64,000 nucleotides of DNA. Origin: an uncultured Gammaproteobacteria bacterium. GTDB lineage: Bacteria > Patescibacteriota > Microgenomatia > UBA8517. This document shows, piece after piece, positions 62,727-64,000 of the stretch; position 1 is the stretch's first letter; the number at the start of each line of letters is the position of its first letter. The notes beneath the pieces are model-generated. The model worked only from the letters and a program-made list of their open reading frames with translations, did not search any database and was not told the DNA's origin. The stretch covers positions 68,033-132,032 of the forward strand of contig CAZOVJ010000001.1 in NCBI GenBank assembly GCA_964583685.1, given 5' to 3'. The position numbers and the translations under genes are program-made.

Positions 62727-63659
62727 TTAGCGTTTTTTCTTATATTCAGCAATCACAACCCCGATGCTGATGAGTATGGCTCCGGTAAGAAATATGGGGG
62801 TGACCTTTTCCCTTAGCCAGATAATGGCTAGGGGGGCGGCAAAAAGTGGTTGTAAATAGGAGAAAAGTATTGCCTCAGAAGCCTCAATTGTTTTTTGTCC
62901 TCGTTGAAATAGGAAATAGGCGAGTGCACCCGAGACCCAGGCCATATAGAAAACTCCTGCATGGCTACTTATTTTTGGCTTACTGATAATTTCCAAGAGT
63001 AATCTTATTGATCCGGATTCCAAGATTGCCAGGGGAAGTAAGGTAATAAAACCAACAAAAAACGAGGTGCTAGTAATAAGAAGGGGGTCAAGTTTATGCT
63101 TGAGGCCGTATTTTGAAAGAATCACATAGGCAACCCAGGCTAAATTTGCAACAACGATAAAAAGATTTCCCAGAATGTTCTGGTAGCTAAAGATTTTATT
63201 TTCAAAAAGGGGTTGGATAACAACGGTCAGCGTTCCAAGGAAAGCGATTGTCGTTCCCAATTTTTCTCTTTTGGTTACCTGCTCGTTAAGGAAGATGGCT
63301 CCGGCCAAAAGAACTCCCAAAGGCGCAATTGTTGAGATAAGTGTTTGGTCCAAAACAGTAGTCAAGCTAAGGCCATAAAAGAGAAAACCCAAATTGATAG
63401 TTGAGCCAAGAAGGGCAATTAAGAAAAGTATGAATATATCAGAGGCCTTCTTGGGAAATTTGGATTTTTTGATTAGAATAATTGGAGCAAGAATGAGTGA
63501 AGTTAAAAAGAAACGATAGGTAAGAAAAATAAGGGGTGGAAATTCTCCGAGGGTAAACTTGATAATCGGACCAGCGATACCCCAGATAGCGGCAACAACT
63601 GTTAAATAAAGATAGGCACGAAGACGGTATTTAGTCATAAATTGACCTAATTGACTCAA
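62727..63659 (-). CDS. DMT-superfamily (EamA-like) transporter, 10 TM helices
   Basis: Two homologous 5-TM halves with EamA-like hydrophobic periodicity. No other motifs. Confidence 0.65.
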   Translation of the reverse strand: MSQLGQFMTKYRLRAYLYLTVVAAIWGIAGPIIKFTLGEFPPLIFLTYRFFLTSLILAPIILIKKSKFPKKASDIFILFLIALLGSTINLGFLFYGLSLTTVLDQTLISTIAPLGVLLAGAIFLNEQVTKREKLGTTIAFLGTLTVVIQPLFENKIFSYQNILGNLFIVVANLAWVAYVILSKYGLKHKLDPLLITSTSFFVGFITLLPLAILESGSIRLLLEIISKPKISSHAGVFYMAWVSGALAYFLFQRGQKTIEASEAILFSYLQPLFAAPLAIIWLREKVTPIFLTGAILISIGVVIAEYKKKR

Positions 63660-63666
63660 TTTCTAA

Positions 63667-64000
63667 TTAACCTAAACTATCAAGCCGTTTGAGTGGTATT
63701 TTTTCTTGTTCTCCTGTGGTCATATTTTTGAGAATGAGAGTATCATTTTTTGCTTCTTCAGGACCGATGATGACAACATAAGGAATGTTCTTTTTGTCCG
63801 CATATTTCAATTGTTTTTCAAGTTTAGCCTCTTCATTAGGGTAAAGTTCTGTATTAATACCTTTTTCTCGAAGGGAACTGGCTACTTTAATTGATTGAAC
63901 CAGTAATTTTTTAGAGAAGATACTAACCAAGATCTTGGTTAAAGTTTTGCTAATATCTGGCCAGAGACCTAATTCCTCGATGACGTCGGCCACGCGGTCA
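63667..64000 (-). CDS. hisS: class II aminoacyl-tRNA synthetase C-terminal anticodon-binding domain, most like histidyl-tRNA synthetase; N-terminus lies beyond the window end
   Basis: LREKGINTELYPNEEAKLEKQLKYADKKNIPYVVIIGPEEAKNDTLILKNMTTGEQEKIPL resembles the HisRS C-terminal domain (..LGKQ.KYADK.G.P.AVIIGE.E...G.V.LK.M.TGEQ). Confidence 0.55.
   Translation of the reverse strand, partial: DRVADVIEELGLWPDISKTLTKILVSIFSKKLLVQSIKVASSLREKGINTELYPNEEAKLEKQLKYADKKNIPYVVIIGPEEAKNDTLILKNMTTGEQEKIPLKRLDSLG

Overview
The window is a gene-dense, low-GC bacterial chromosome segment, about 90% coding, mostly housekeeping, with short, frequently overlapping genes. There is no rRNA, CRISPR array, transposase or integrase. 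The reduced ribosomal proteins (an L1 without domain II, no L9 gene after rpsR), the Wzy+TPR envelope protein, small excisionase-type HTH proteins and many secreted hypotheticals suggest a small-genome Patescibacteria/CPR-like organism. That placement is inference, not shown directly by the sequence.

Recognisable content in order:
- a partial mreB paralog, a TagA/WecB-family glycosyltransferase and an uppS with a long C-terminal extension;
- a four-gene block of a 7TM membrane protein, two ATP-grasp ligases (one fused to a DTGA retropepsin-like domain) and a 655-aa orphan;
- rplK-rplA-rplJ-rplL with secE-nusG and an S21-like gene;
- a 7 kb block of hypotheticals plus xth and mpg, then tRNA-Trp, rpmG (missed by the ORF track), tRNA-Thr, and further on tRNA-Tyr and tRNA-Thr;
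- fmt and def, a Wzy/TPR membrane protein carrying two 7-bp tandem repeats, mreB-mrdA, dprA and topA;
- a thymidylate/folate operon with two tandem ThyA-like paralogs, one lacking the catalytic Cys, followed by a DHFR-like gene, dcd, tmk, glyA and folD;
- rpsB-tsf-frr, rseP, proS, dnaX-ybaB-recR and cysS;
- a DinJ/YafQ-like toxin-antitoxin pair;
- a DUF134, NifX-like, CDF::NifX-fusion and two MinD-ferredoxin ATPase cluster;
- ychF, rpsF-ssb-rpsR, ctpA and htrA;
- a domain-1-less RF1 overlapping rpmE, a DMT transporter and a partial hisS.

Most interesting for follow-up:
- the DUF134/NifX/CDF::NifX/MinD-ferredoxin metallocluster-like cluster;
- the ATP-grasp/retropepsin/7TM peptide-ligase system;
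- the Cys-less ThyA paralog in tandem with thyA;
- the domain-deleted L1 and truncated RF1;
- frameshift-prone 7-bp repeats in the Wzy/TPR gene;
- several apparently leaderless promoters.
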